Shown here: one piece after another, positions 28,183 to 36,776 of the stretch
Position numbering within the stretch: the first letter of the stretch is position 1
How the letters are laid out: every line of letters begins with the position of its first letter
From: Actinomycetes bacterium
Lineage (GTDB): Bacteria > Actinomycetota > Acidimicrobiia > Acidimicrobiales > JAKAOS01
DNA: 57,172 bases
Assembly (NCBI GenBank): GCA_021791675.1
Contig: JAJYWE010000009.1
Span: forward strand, 12,329 to 69,500
Direction: 5' to 3'
Program-made: the position numbers and the translations under genes
The notes under the pieces: generated by a model
Told to the model about the DNA's origin: nothing
Seen by the model: the letters and a program-made list of their open reading frames with translations, nothing else
The model's database searches: none

Positions 28183-29504
28183 GCACCGACACCGGACGCC
28201 CCGCCGAGCCGGTCCTGGCGGGCTTGCTCGCCTACCTCGAGGCCTCGCCGTCGCCCTACCACGCGGTGGCGGCCTCTGCGGAGCTGCTCGCCTCGGTGGG
28301 GGCGCTCGAGCTCTCCGAGGCCGACGCCTGGCCCGCGGGACCAGGGGCGTTCTTCCTCCGCCGTGGCGGCGCGCTGGTCGCCTGGCTGGTGCCGGAGGGA
28401 GTGCGCGCTGTAGACGGGTTCCGGGTCGTCGCGGCACACACCGACAGCCCGAACCTGCGGCTGCGCCCGCGGCCCGAGCTCGGCCGCGAGGGGCTGCGAC
28501 AGCTCGCGGTCGAACCCTACGGCGGCGTGCTGCGCAACAGCTGGCTCGGGCGGGACCTCGGTGTCTCGGGGCGCCTCGCCCTCCGGCGCGGCGGTCCCGA
28601 GGTTCTGGTCCGTCTCGACGAGCCGGTCTGTCATCTCGCCCAGCTCGCCATCCATCTCGATCGCGAGGTCAACGAGCGGGGCCTGGTGCTGAACCCGCAG
28701 GGCCAGCTCGACCCCATCACGGGGCTCGACGAGGCGGGTCCCGGCGAGGTCGTGTCCGGCGAGGTCGTGGCGCTGCTCGCCGCGCGTGCGGGTGTCGATG
28801 CCGCGGAGGTGGTCGCCTTCGACCTCATGCTCCACGACCTGAACCCCCCGAGGCTCGTCGGGCCGGCAGGCCAGCTCTTCGCGTCGGGGCGGCTCGACAA
28901 CCTCTGCTCGGCCTACCTCGCCACCGCTGCGCTCGCCAGCCTTGCGGGCGGCACGACCAGGGCCTCCGATGCCCCGATGGTCGCCGTCGCGGTGCTCTTC
29001 GACCACGAGGAGGTGGGGAGCACCTCGGCGGAGGGTGCCCAGGGAACGCTGCTCTCCTCGGTGCTCGAGCGGGTCGTCCTCGGTCTCGGCGGCGGGCGAG
29101 AGGAGCTCTTCCGCGCGCTCGCCCGCACGGTCGTGGCATCGCTCGACATGACGCACGCGACACACCCGAACTACCCCGAGCGCCACGACCCGGCACACCC
29201 GGTCCGACTGGGCGGTGGCCCGGTCGTGAAGGTCAACGCCGACCGTCGCTACGCGACCGACCCGGCGGGCACCGCCGCGTTCGCCGCTGCCTGCGCAGCC
29301 GCCGGGGTGCCCCTCCAGACCTTCGTGAACCGTGCGGACCTGCCCTGTGGCTCGACGGTCGGGCCCTTCCTCGCCGCGCGCCTCGGGGTGACGACCGTCG
29401 ACGTCGGCCTCGGACAGCTCGCGATGCACGCCGCTCGTGAGCTGGCCGGTGCTGCCGACCCCCCGATGATGGCCGCTGCGCTCGGCGCGTTCCTCGCCCC
29501 CTAG
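28179..29504 (+). CDS. M18 family aminopeptidase (aspartyl aminopeptidase-like)
   Basis: [11 protein letters not shown] and [13 protein letters not shown]. There is no in-frame ATG or GTG near the expected N-terminus. Candidates are CTG 28179 (8 nt after GAGGAG) or TTG 28224. Confidence 0.8.
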   Translation: MSTDTGRPAEPVLAGLLAYLEASPSPYHAVAASAELLASVGALELSEADAWPAGPGAFFLRRGGALVAWLVPEGVRAVDGFRVVAAHTDSPNLRLRPRPELGREGLRQLAVEPYGGVLRNSWLGRDLGVSGRLALRRGGPEVLVRLDEPVCHLAQLAIHLDREVNERGLVLNPQGQLDPITGLDEAGPGEVVSGEVVALLAARAGVDAAEVVAFDLMLHDLNPPRLVGPAGQLFASGRLDNLCSAYLATAALASLAGGTTRASDAPMVAVAVLFDHEEVGSTSAEGAQGTLLSSVLERVVLGLGGGREELFRALARTVVASLDMTHATHPNYPERHDPAHPVRLGGGPVVKVNADRRYATDPAGTAAFAAACAAAGVPLQTFVNRADLPCGSTVGPFLAARLGVTTVDVGLGQLAMHAARELAGAADPPMMAAALGAFLAP

Positions 29505-30130
29505 CGGCTGGCCTCGGCGTCGAGCTGGCTTCGCGCCCAGGCGAGGGCGCCCCGGGCGAGCTCGGGTGGGAAGCGCCAGGCGAGGAGCTGGGCCTCTGCA
29601 GCAGCTTCGGCCTCCCCGAGGCGCAACAGGCTCAGCGCGAGTCGCCGGGCGCGCACGGTGACACCCTCCGCGCTCCCTCCCTGGCCGAGGGCCCGCGCGT
29701 GGGCAGCCTGCAGGCTCGCCGGGAGGCGGGCGACCTGGCGGGTCGAGAGGGAGGGCATCCGCCGCCGGACGGCGAGGTGTCCCGGCTCGGGCTCGCTCGC
29801 CATGGCGAAGTCGACGGCACGCCGGAGTGCCCGGGCAAGTGGGGCGTGTGGACCCTCGCGCACGCCGAGCCCGAGCGCCCGGGCCGTCTCCTCGAGGTCG
29901 AGGAGTAATCCCCCGGGCGCGGCGTCGAGCGCCGTGGCGAGGTACCGGAGGAGGAGGACGGTGGACGGCCCGAGGATCGGGAGCCAGAAGCGCTCGACAT
30001 AGGCCGATCGCGGGTCGTGCCCGGCGGCGTCGAGGCCGACGGCGCTCCAGGCCGTGACGCGGAGCACTGGCCGCGCGGCGAGCGGGGAGGGGGTGGCGAG
30101 TGGGGAGGGGGTGGCGGCGTCGGAGGACAT
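29501..30130 (-). CDS. hypothetical protein, possible winged-helix DNA-binding fold
   Basis: 209-aa ORF with normal composition. The block ERFWLPILGPSTVLLLRYLA...LLLDLEETARALGLG looks HTH-like by eye. No family recognised. Confidence 0.5.
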   Translation of the reverse strand: MSSDAATPSPLATPSPLAARPVLRVTAWSAVGLDAAGHDPRSAYVERFWLPILGPSTVLLLRYLATALDAAPGGLLLDLEETARALGLGVREGPHAPLARALRRAVDFAMASEPEPGHLAVRRRMPSLSTRQVARLPASLQAAHARALGQGGSAEGVTVRARRLALSLLRLGEAEAAAEAQLLAWRFPPELARGALAWARSQLDAEASR

Positions 30131-30222
30131 GTCTCGATGCTCGCCCCGCCCGCGGTCCGGTGGAAGGCTCAGCGGGCGCGGGGCCGGTTTCGCTCTCCCT
30201 CGGGTGGGTGGCGCCGAGGGAC

Positions 30223-30293
30223 GCCGGGTGGGTGGGCGTGGCTGCCCCCGCCGCGGAGGGGGCAGCGGGGGCCGGGTGGGCTTGGCTGCCCCC
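30223..30293. promoter_or_regulatory. direct repeats plus hairpin in the divergent promoter region
   Basis: gccgggtgggtgggcgtggctgccccc (30223-30249) and gccgggtgggcttggctgccccc (30271-30293). GCTGCCCCC-(8 nt)-GGGGGCAGC forms a hairpin at 30241-30266. Confidence 0.4.
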
Positions 30294-30312
30294 GGCGTGG
30301 CAGGCTCGGGCC

Positions 30313-31161
30313 GTGGAGCGCGACGTCGCCGAGGTGTCGACCTGGCTCAGCGAGGCGCACCAGGTGGTCGCGCTGACCGGCGCCGGCATCTCCACCGGCT
30401 CGGGCATACCGGACTACCGAGGGCCGAACGGGCTCTGGACGAAGGACCCGAGAGCCGCGCGCACCTCCTCGCTCTCGCACTACCTCGCCGACGGGGAGGT
30501 TCGCCGCCTCGCCTGGCGGAACCGGCTCTCCTCTCCGGTCTGGGGCGCAGTGCCGAACCCCGGCCACGCCGCCCTCGTGGCGCTCGAGCGTGCGGGGCAT
30601 CTCTCGGCCGTCGTGACGCAGAACGTCGACGAGCTCCACCAGCGGGCCGGTCACGATCCCGCCCGCGTGCTCGAGCTGCACGGGACGATGTTCTGGAGCC
30701 GTTGCTGGTCCTGCGGGGACCGACGGCCGATGGCCGAGGCGCTCGCCCGGGTGCGTGATGGTGAGGAGGACCCGCGCTGCGCGGCCGAGCCTGCTGGGTT
30801 CAGGGCCGAGGCGCCGCTCGGCCCGGATCGAGCGGGCGGGGGGCCGTACTGCGGTGGGGTTCTCCGCTCCGACACGATCAGCTTCGGCCAGGCGCTCGAC
30901 CCCGCGGTGCTCGGTGCCGCCCAGGAGGTCGTCCGCGAGGCGGATCTCGTGGTGGCGATCGGCTCGAGCCTCACCGTGCAGCCAGCGGCCGGCCTGGTGC
31001 CCCTCGCCCGGCGCTCCGGGGCTCGGGTCGTGATCGTGAACGCGGCGCCGACGCGCCTCGACGCCGTCGCCGACGCGGTCGTGTCCGGCGAGATCTCGGT
31101 GGTGCTGCCGGCGCTCGTGGCCGGCGCCGGTCTCACGTTGCCCGCTCCAGCGGCCGGCTGA
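30313..31161 (+). CDS. cobB: NAD-dependent protein deacylase, Sir2 family
   Basis: GAGISTGSGIPDYRG, QNVDELHQRAG, ELHGT, and a Cys4 zinc module. GTG 30313 is in frame in track ORF 30100-31161; start uncertain. Confidence 0.85.
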   Translation: MERDVAEVSTWLSEAHQVVALTGAGISTGSGIPDYRGPNGLWTKDPRAARTSSLSHYLADGEVRRLAWRNRLSSPVWGAVPNPGHAALVALERAGHLSAVVTQNVDELHQRAGHDPARVLELHGTMFWSRCWSCGDRRPMAEALARVRDGEEDPRCAAEPAGFRAEAPLGPDRAGGGPYCGGVLRSDTISFGQALDPAVLGAAQEVVREADLVVAIGSSLTVQPAAGLVPLARRSGARVVIVNAAPTRLDAVADAVVSGEISVVLPALVAGAGLTLPAPAAG

Positions 31162-31246
31162 GGCGCCACCTCTTGTGCATCGCTCGTTGCCCCCCTGTCT
31201 TGCTTGGTCAGCGACAGTTCGTCGTCGGGTCGAAGGGGCTGCTAGC

Positions 31247-31963
31247 ATGCGCGCGTCGGAGGGAGGCCGGGACGTGAAGACGCCGATGGATCGTGACGTG
31301 AGCGACGCTGGTGTGAGCGAAGAGGGCGGCCGCCGGGGGATCACCCGTCGTGACGTGCTCATCAAGGGGGCGATCGTCTCAGGGGCAGTCTGGGTTGCCC
31401 CCGTCGTGGAGAGCTTCACCTCTCCCGCCGCAGCACAGTCCGTCCCGCTCGGCTGCCAGTTCGCCTTCGTCTTCTACTACCACAGCGAGGCGAACAGTAC
31501 GTCGAAGACTTATCTGATCTACTTCTACAACAGCGCCGGCACGACCCAGTGCAGCTTCGCCGGGGGATCGACGGGGACTTGCAACCCGGCGAGCTACTAC
31601 CCGAGCCCCGACACCTACTGGCCCTGTACGAACGTGCCGGCACCAGCCACGGCCAACGACTTCACCCTGGCCCAGGGTGGCGTGATCGGCGCGTCGTTCC
31701 CGGCTGCGACCGCATCGCTCACCTATCCGACGAACACGGGCGGGTTCGTCACGGTCGGCGGGTTCCCCGGCGGGGGGAACTGCTCGGGGCAGTTCGTCAT
31801 CAGCGGGAACATCATCACCGCAGGCAAGCCCTCCAACAAGATCCTCGCCGCCTTCTCCGGCAACGCAGCGGGGACAGGCTGCGGCTGGACGTGCCCGACC
31901 GGCTACGGCACGAACAACCAAGTCGACCTGACCTCGGCCTGCACACCCCCGCAGGCCGCGTAG
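31247..31963 (+). CDS. Tat-signal secreted Cys-rich protein of unknown function
   Basis: TRRDVLIKGAIVSGAVWVAPVVESFTSPAAAQ is twin-arginine-signal-like. The mature part has 8 Cys, is rich in G/T/S/N/Y/F and has few charged residues. Local GC dips (31501-31530 has 11/30 G+C). Confidence 0.65.
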   Translation: MRASEGGRDVKTPMDRDVSDAGVSEEGGRRGITRRDVLIKGAIVSGAVWVAPVVESFTSPAAAQSVPLGCQFAFVFYYHSEANSTSKTYLIYFYNSAGTTQCSFAGGSTGTCNPASYYPSPDTYWPCTNVPAPATANDFTLAQGGVIGASFPAATASLTYPTNTGGFVTVGGFPGGGNCSGQFVISGNIITAGKPSNKILAAFSGNAAGTGCGWTCPTGYGTNNQVDLTSACTPPQAA

Positions 31964-32182
31964 CTCGTCCCGACTCGGCGGCCCTCGGCAGGGGACTGCC
32001 GGTGCCTTGGTGGCCCGGGCTGTGGAGGTCGGGCACGAGCCGCCGACCCCGACGTCGTGCCCGCTACGGAGAGCCGAGCGGAGGGGTGGCGCGGCCGGTA
32101 CCCCTGACCGAGCGGGAATGTCGACCGACTGGGTAGGGTTTGACCTGTCGTTGCCGCCGAGGGCGTGAGAGAGGCAGGTGCG

Positions 32183-33358
32183 ATGCCCGTCTTCCGGGAG
32201 TTGTTCAACCAGGCGAGGGCCCAGATCCGCGAGATCGATGCTGCGGGCGCCGAAGAGGTGCTCGGGAGCGCGCTCTTCCTCGACGTCCGGGAGCCGGACG
32301 AGTACGAGCAGGGCGCCATCCCTGGCTCGGTCCACATCCCTCGAGGTAACCTCGAGCTTCAGGTCGAGGGTCGCGTTCCGGACCGTTCCGTACCGATCGT
32401 CGTCTACTGCGCCGGTGGGGTCCGTTCGGCCTTCGCTGCGAAGACCCTCGCCGAGCTCGGCTACGAGGACGTGACCTCGCTCGCCGGGGGGTTCAACGGC
32501 TGGAAGGACGCTGGTCGCCCCTGGGCGGTGCCGCGTGCGCTCTCCGCCGACCAGCGCAACCGCTACCAGCGCCATCTCCTGCTCCCGGAGGTCGGGGAGG
32601 CGGGCCAGCAGAAGCTCTTGGACGCGAAGGTCCTCCTCCTCGGGGCCGGTGGTCTCGGTTCTCCCGCCGCGCTCTACCTCGCCGCTGCGGGCGTCGGGAC
32701 GCTCGGGGTCGTGGACATGGACGTGGTCGACGCCTCGAACCTCCAGCGCCAGGTCCTGCACAACATGGACCGCATCGGCCTGCGAAAGGTCGACTCTGCC
32801 CGCCAGACCCTCGAAGCGCTGAACCCGGACGTGCGGGTCGTGACCTACGACACCCGCCTCGGGGCGGACAACGTGCTCGACGTCATCTCCGGCTACGACG
32901 TCGTGGTGGACGGGACGGACAACTTCCCGACGCGCTACCTGCTGAACGACGCGGCGCTGCTCGCCCGGGTGCCGGTGGTCCACGGCTCGATCTTCCGCTT
33001 CGAGGGCCAGGTCACCGTCTTCGCCCCCTACGACGGCCCCTGCTATCGCTGCTTCGTGCCAGAGCCGCCGCCGCCGGAGCTGGCGCCGTCCTGCTCGGAG
33101 GCCGGCGTGCTCGGGGTGCTCCCCGGCATCATCGGCTCGCTCCAGGCGATGGAGGCGATCAAGATCCTCCTCGGCCTCGGCGACACCCTCGCCGGCCGGC
33201 TGCTCGCGTACGACGCTCTCGAGGCGACGTTCCGGACCTTCCGGATGCAGCGAGACCCCGCGTGCCCTGCCTGCGGGCCCGACGCCGGCGAGCTCGTGAT
33301 CGCCGAGTACGACCAGTTCTGCATGCCGCACCCGAAGGAAGCCCCCGCGCTCGCCTGA
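32183..33358 (+). CDS. rhodanese (N-terminal) fused to MoeB/ThiF-type E1-like adenylyltransferase
   Basis: Rhodanese: LFLDVREPDEYEQGAIPGS and active-site loop VVYCAGGVRS. E1-like: RYQRHLLLPEVG, LLLGAGGLGSPAALYLAAAGVG, SNLQRQVLH, CYRC...CPAC and SCSEAGVLG. Confidence 0.85.
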   Translation: MPVFRELFNQARAQIREIDAAGAEEVLGSALFLDVREPDEYEQGAIPGSVHIPRGNLELQVEGRVPDRSVPIVVYCAGGVRSAFAAKTLAELGYEDVTSLAGGFNGWKDAGRPWAVPRALSADQRNRYQRHLLLPEVGEAGQQKLLDAKVLLLGAGGLGSPAALYLAAAGVGTLGVVDMDVVDASNLQRQVLHNMDRIGLRKVDSARQTLEALNPDVRVVTYDTRLGADNVLDVISGYDVVVDGTDNFPTRYLLNDAALLARVPVVHGSIFRFEGQVTVFAPYDGPCYRCFVPEPPPPELAPSCSEAGVLGVLPGIIGSLQAMEAIKILLGLGDTLAGRLLAYDALEATFRTFRMQRDPACPACGPDAGELVIAEYDQFCMPHPKEAPALA

Positions 33359-33514
33359 GACGGCCGTCGCCCCGGCACAGGCCCCTACCAACCTCGGGAC
33401 CGGTCGGCGAGCTCGTCCAGTGGGCGACTCGAACGGTTCGACCTCGCCGAGGGGCCTCTCTTCGGGGGCCTCACCCGGTCGAGGGGCTGGCTTCATTCAG
33501 GGCTCGGGGCGCTC

Positions 33515-34357
33515 CTAGAGCGCCGCGAGCAGCCGGCGGAGGGCCGCGAGGTCGACCACCGCCGTGCCGGCAGTCGCTACGTCGCCGGCCCGGGCGAAGA
33601 CGCCGTGGGGATCCGCGCGGACGGACGCGGGGCGGTCCGGCTCGCCGAGGCCGTCCAGCACCAGCGGCGCCGACGTCACCTCCTCGAAGCGGGTCTCGTC
33701 GTTGCCGGTGACGACGCAGGCGATGCCCGCCGCCGTCGCCGCGGCGAGCCCGGGGCCCGAGTCCTCGATGGCGACCACGGCCGCCGGGTCCGCCTCGAGC
33801 CTGTCCAGCGCGAGCAGGTAGGCGCTCGGGTCGGGCTTGAGGATCGAGACCTCCCGGTTGGTGACGACGACGGCGAAGCGGCCCGGGCCGAAGTGACCTG
33901 CGAGGAGGGGCTCGACCCACTCCGGGCTCCCGGTCGTGACCACCCCGAGGCGGATCCCCGCCGAGGTGAGCTCGTCGACGAGGCGACGGACACCGGCCCG
34001 CAGCGGGATCCGACCGGCCAGCACCATCGCCTGGAAACGCTCGGTCTTCACCCGGTGGAGCCGCTTCGCGAGCGCAGGCCAGTCCGCCTCGGCGACCGGT
34101 GCGGACCCGGCCGCGCTCCGGGCGGTGGCGAAGTAGTGGAGCAGCCGGGCCTCCCCACCGGTGACGGCGAGGAGCTCCCGGTAGTGGGGGACGTCCCAGC
34201 GATCGGGGAGCCCTGCCTCCGCGAAGGCCTCGTTGAAGGCGACGCGATGGCCGTCGCGCTCGCTGTCGACCAGCGTGCCGTCCACGTCGAACAGCACCGC
34301 CGACATCTTCCCCCGGGCTCGGGCGGGGCCCGTCGCTCCTCCCACCTCGACCGTCAT
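33515..34357 (-). CDS. HAD-superfamily hydrolase (CbbY-like)
   Basis: LFDVDGTLVDSE (motif I) and VAIEDSGPGLAAATAAG (motif III/IV). ATG 34357 is in frame in track ORF 33515-34714; ATG 34306 is an alternative. Confidence 0.82.
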   Translation of the reverse strand: MTVEVGGATGPARARGKMSAVLFDVDGTLVDSERDGHRVAFNEAFAEAGLPDRWDVPHYRELLAVTGGEARLLHYFATARSAAGSAPVAEADWPALAKRLHRVKTERFQAMVLAGRIPLRAGVRRLVDELTSAGIRLGVVTTGSPEWVEPLLAGHFGPGRFAVVVTNREVSILKPDPSAYLLALDRLEADPAAVVAIEDSGPGLAAATAAGIACVVTGNDETRFEEVTSAPLVLDGLGEPDRPASVRADPHGVFARAGDVATAGTAVVDLAALRRLLAAL

Positions 34358-34475
34358 GGTGCCGCCCCCGCGGTCTTCGCGCGCCGCTCCTCCGCCGGCC
34401 GCGGCGTGAGTCGCTCGGGTCGAGGCGTGGGTCGCTCGGCCGACGGGGTGCGTCGCCACAGTGCGAGGCGACTGC

Positions 34476-35213
34476 TCACGGCGCCGCACCCGGTGGGGGC
34501 AGGTCTCGCAGGTCGAGCACGCTCCCCGACGCAAAGCCAGCGTCCACGACCCCCCAGATCCGTGCTGCCACCTCGTCTGGATCCGCGAGCCGTCCCTGCT
34601 CGTGGAGCCGGACGAAGCGCTCCCGGGCGGGGAACGACGCTTCGGGCGTCGCGCGGAGGCGCTCCTGCATGGCCGTCGCGACGACCCCGGGCGCCACCGC
34701 GAGCACGACCGCACCGTCGCGAGCGGCTTCCTCGGCGCCCGCGGTCCGGCACCACTGGTCGACCGCCGCCTTGCCAGCGCCGTAAGAGGACCAGCCCGGG
34801 TACACCGTGTGCGCGGCCCCCGACGTGAGGAGGACGAGGTCCCGGCGAAGCGGGAGGCCGGCCGTCGCCGCGAGGAATGCCTGGCCGATCACCTGCGGCG
34901 CCGCTGCGTTGAGGAGGACGTTCCGGGTGTACGCGGCGGGATCCACCTCGCGGGCGAAGCCCACCGGGTCGAGGCTCCCCGCCGCGTGGACGAGGACCAC
35001 CCGGCTCTGGCTCCCACCTGCCACGCGCCGAGCGACATCCCGGGCGAGAACGGCCCACCCCTCTTCGGTCGCGAGGTCCGCAGGAAGGTGCGCACAGCCG
35101 CTCGGCGCCCGGCGGGCGACGCCGATGACCTCGGCGTCCGACCACGGCAGCGTCCGCACGAGCGCCGCGCCGATGCCGCTCGACGCGCCGGTGATCCAGA
35201 CGAGAGCCCCCAT
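34476..35213 (-). CDS. SDR family oxidoreductase
   Basis: ITGASSGIGAAL and SSYGAGKAAVDQW (YxxxK). Confidence 0.85.
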   Translation of the reverse strand: MGALVWITGASSGIGAALVRTLPWSDAEVIGVARRAPSGCAHLPADLATEEGWAVLARDVARRVAGGSQSRVVLVHAAGSLDPVGFAREVDPAAYTRNVLLNAAAPQVIGQAFLAATAGLPLRRDLVLLTSGAAHTVYPGWSSYGAGKAAVDQWCRTAGAEEAARDGAVVLAVAPGVVATAMQERLRATPEASFPARERFVRLHEQGRLADPDEVAARIWGVVDAGFASGSVLDLRDLPPPGAAP

Positions 35214-35232
35214 GAGCCGGCGAGCCTAACGC

Positions 35233-35465
35233 CGCCTCTTCGCGGCGCTACCGCCCGTGAACGCCGAGCGTCCTCGCCGGCCAGCGAGCCGGCAGCGCTT
35301 CGTCGACTGTCGGGTTGGCGGGGACGTCTGGTTGCCGCCGAGTCCGGCAGGTGGCTCGCTCGCGGTCACGCGCCGTCGAGTTCGCGAGCCGGAGTGACTC
35401 GGGGCGCGGACCCAACTACCGCTCGATGGCTCCGGCCGGCGCGCGCAGCGTGTGACCGGCCGTTG
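35233..35465. repeat. left copy of a ~230-bp direct repeat flanking the sugar cassette
   Basis: Core 35290-35426 aligns without gaps to 42813-42949, with about 108/137 identities by hand count. Similarity continues on both sides with small indels. Confidence 0.85.
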
Positions 35466-35470
35466 CTTGC

Positions 35471-35482
35471 CCTACAACGTTA
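35471..35482. promoter_or_regulatory. copy of a 12-nt AACGTT-centred motif (candidate LacI-type operator)
   Basis: ctacaacgttag is the reverse complement (11/12) of ctaacgttgtac at 36799-36810. Confidence 0.35.
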
Positions 35483-35574
35483 GATGCGGCTTCGGGGTGC
35501 TCGTACCAGGTGTCGCACTGGTCCAGCGCCGTCCTGGCCGGCCCCCCAAGCGTCAAGGTCGCCCGCCATCGCGT

Positions 35575-36660
35575 TCAGCGCTTGCCGCGACCGGCGGTGC
35601 TCTCTCGGACGATGAGCCGATGGGGTGCCAGGACGTCCCTGGGACCTGCACTCCCGAGCCCACCCGAACCGCCTCCGGCCGGCGTGCCCTCCAGAGCGCC
35701 AGACCCCTTGGCCGTCCGCTCCTCGAGTCGAGTGCCGAGCAGGTCCATGGCCAGTCGCGCGATGTGCTCCTTGTCCGGGGAGACGGTGGTGAGCGAAGGG
35801 GCGGAGTAGCGCCCATCCTCGATGTCGTCGAAGCCGACCACGGCGATGTCCTCCGGAACCCGCAGGTCCCGGTCGTAGCAAGCTCGGAGGGCACCGAGAG
35901 CAAGGAGGTCGCTGAAGGCGAAGACGGCGTCAGGCGGAGGCTCGAGGGCCATCAACCGCGCCATCCCGGCGGCCCCGTCATGGCGATGGAAGTCGCGAAC
36001 CTCTGCCACGAGCTCGCTGCGAAACGGCAGCCCGGCCGCCTCCAGCCCCTCTCGGTAGCCAGCCAGGCGCAGCCGAGCGTTCTCACCCTTCGCGGAGCGA
36101 ATGGCGCCGAGGGCAGCGATCCGGGTCCGGCCGAGGGCTGCGAGGTGCAGGACCGCCTCCCGAGCAGCTGCCACGTTGTCGATGGCCACGTGGTCCATGG
36201 AGCCCGCTTCCACCCGCTCCCCGAGAAGAACCATCGGTGTCCGGTCCTGGCGCCGAGCCAACTCATCCTGGCCCAACGCGAGCGGCGAGAAGATCACTCC
36301 GTCGATCAGGTGGGGGCGGATACCCTCGAGCACCAGGCGCTCCCGATCGGGGAGCCCCTCGGTCTGGTCGACGAGGACGGTGAACCCTCGCAGGCCCGCC
36401 GCCCGCACCACGGATTGGGAGAGCTCGGCGAAGTAGGGGACCGCCAGCTCGGGGACGGCGAGGGCGATGATCCCCGAGCGGCCGCCCCGCAGGCTGCGGG
36501 CGGAGAGGTTCGGTCGGTAGTCGAGCGCGGCGACCGCCTCTTCCACCCGCGCGCGGGTGGCCGGGGAGACATGGGCGTAGCCATTGACGACGTTGGAGAC
36601 GGTCTTGATGGACACGCCGGCGCGAATGGCGACTTCTTGGAGCCTGGCGGGCACGCTCAC
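35575..36660 (-). CDS. LacI family transcriptional regulator
   Basis: N-terminal HTH LQEVAIRAGVSIKTVSNVVNG plus a periplasmic-binding-protein-like sugar-binding core. GTG start at 36660. Confidence 0.9.
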   Translation of the reverse strand: MSVPARLQEVAIRAGVSIKTVSNVVNGYAHVSPATRARVEEAVAALDYRPNLSARSLRGGRSGIIALAVPELAVPYFAELSQSVVRAAGLRGFTVLVDQTEGLPDRERLVLEGIRPHLIDGVIFSPLALGQDELARRQDRTPMVLLGERVEAGSMDHVAIDNVAAAREAVLHLAALGRTRIAALGAIRSAKGENARLRLAGYREGLEAAGLPFRSELVAEVRDFHRHDGAAGMARLMALEPPPDAVFAFSDLLALGALRACYDRDLRVPEDIAVVGFDDIEDGRYSAPSLTTVSPDKEHIARLAMDLLGTRLEERTAKGSGALEGTPAGGGSGGLGSAGPRDVLAPHRLIVRESTAGRGKR

Positions 36661-36776
36661 CGTCCTTTCCGGTCCTCCCTCGGCGCCAAGGGTACCCTGC
36701 TCGTGGGGGAGAGTGTGTGTCTCGGGAGTGGATCACCGGCATGGTGACGCCGTCCGGCCCGGTGCGAAGAAGGGGC

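Noticed and set aside
25228-30407. 1069-aa and 826-aa ORFs on the - strand (25228-28437, 27927-30407)
   Set aside because: They are antisense to pepA, the AKR, the M18 peptidase and the hypothetical gene. The translations are Arg/Pro/Gly-rich junk, and the + strand genes carry clear family motifs.
30313-31161. Sir2 domain as part of an anti-phage defence system (Thoeris, DSR, SIR2-HerA or pAgo-associated)
   Set aside because: The protein is a short stand-alone CobB-type deacylase with a canonical NAD pocket and zinc module. No partner typical of those systems (TIR, HerA, Argonaute, SLOG, large N- or C-terminal extensions) is nearby.
32040-32165. TPP (THI-box) riboswitch upstream of the ThiF/MoeB-like gene
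   Set aside because: GGGGUG...ACCCCUGACC...GGGAAUG...GUAGGG loosely resembles parts of the THI element. The invariant CUGAGA box is absent, and the pyrophosphate-helix sequence does not match.
35290-35426. The flanking direct repeat as a duplicated small coding sequence
   Set aside because: The same frame is open in both copies, and 16 of 29 differences fall on its third codon positions. However, third-position G+C in that frame is only about 65% by hand count, far below real genes here. The peptide is Arg/Ala-rich junk and no start or SD is evident.
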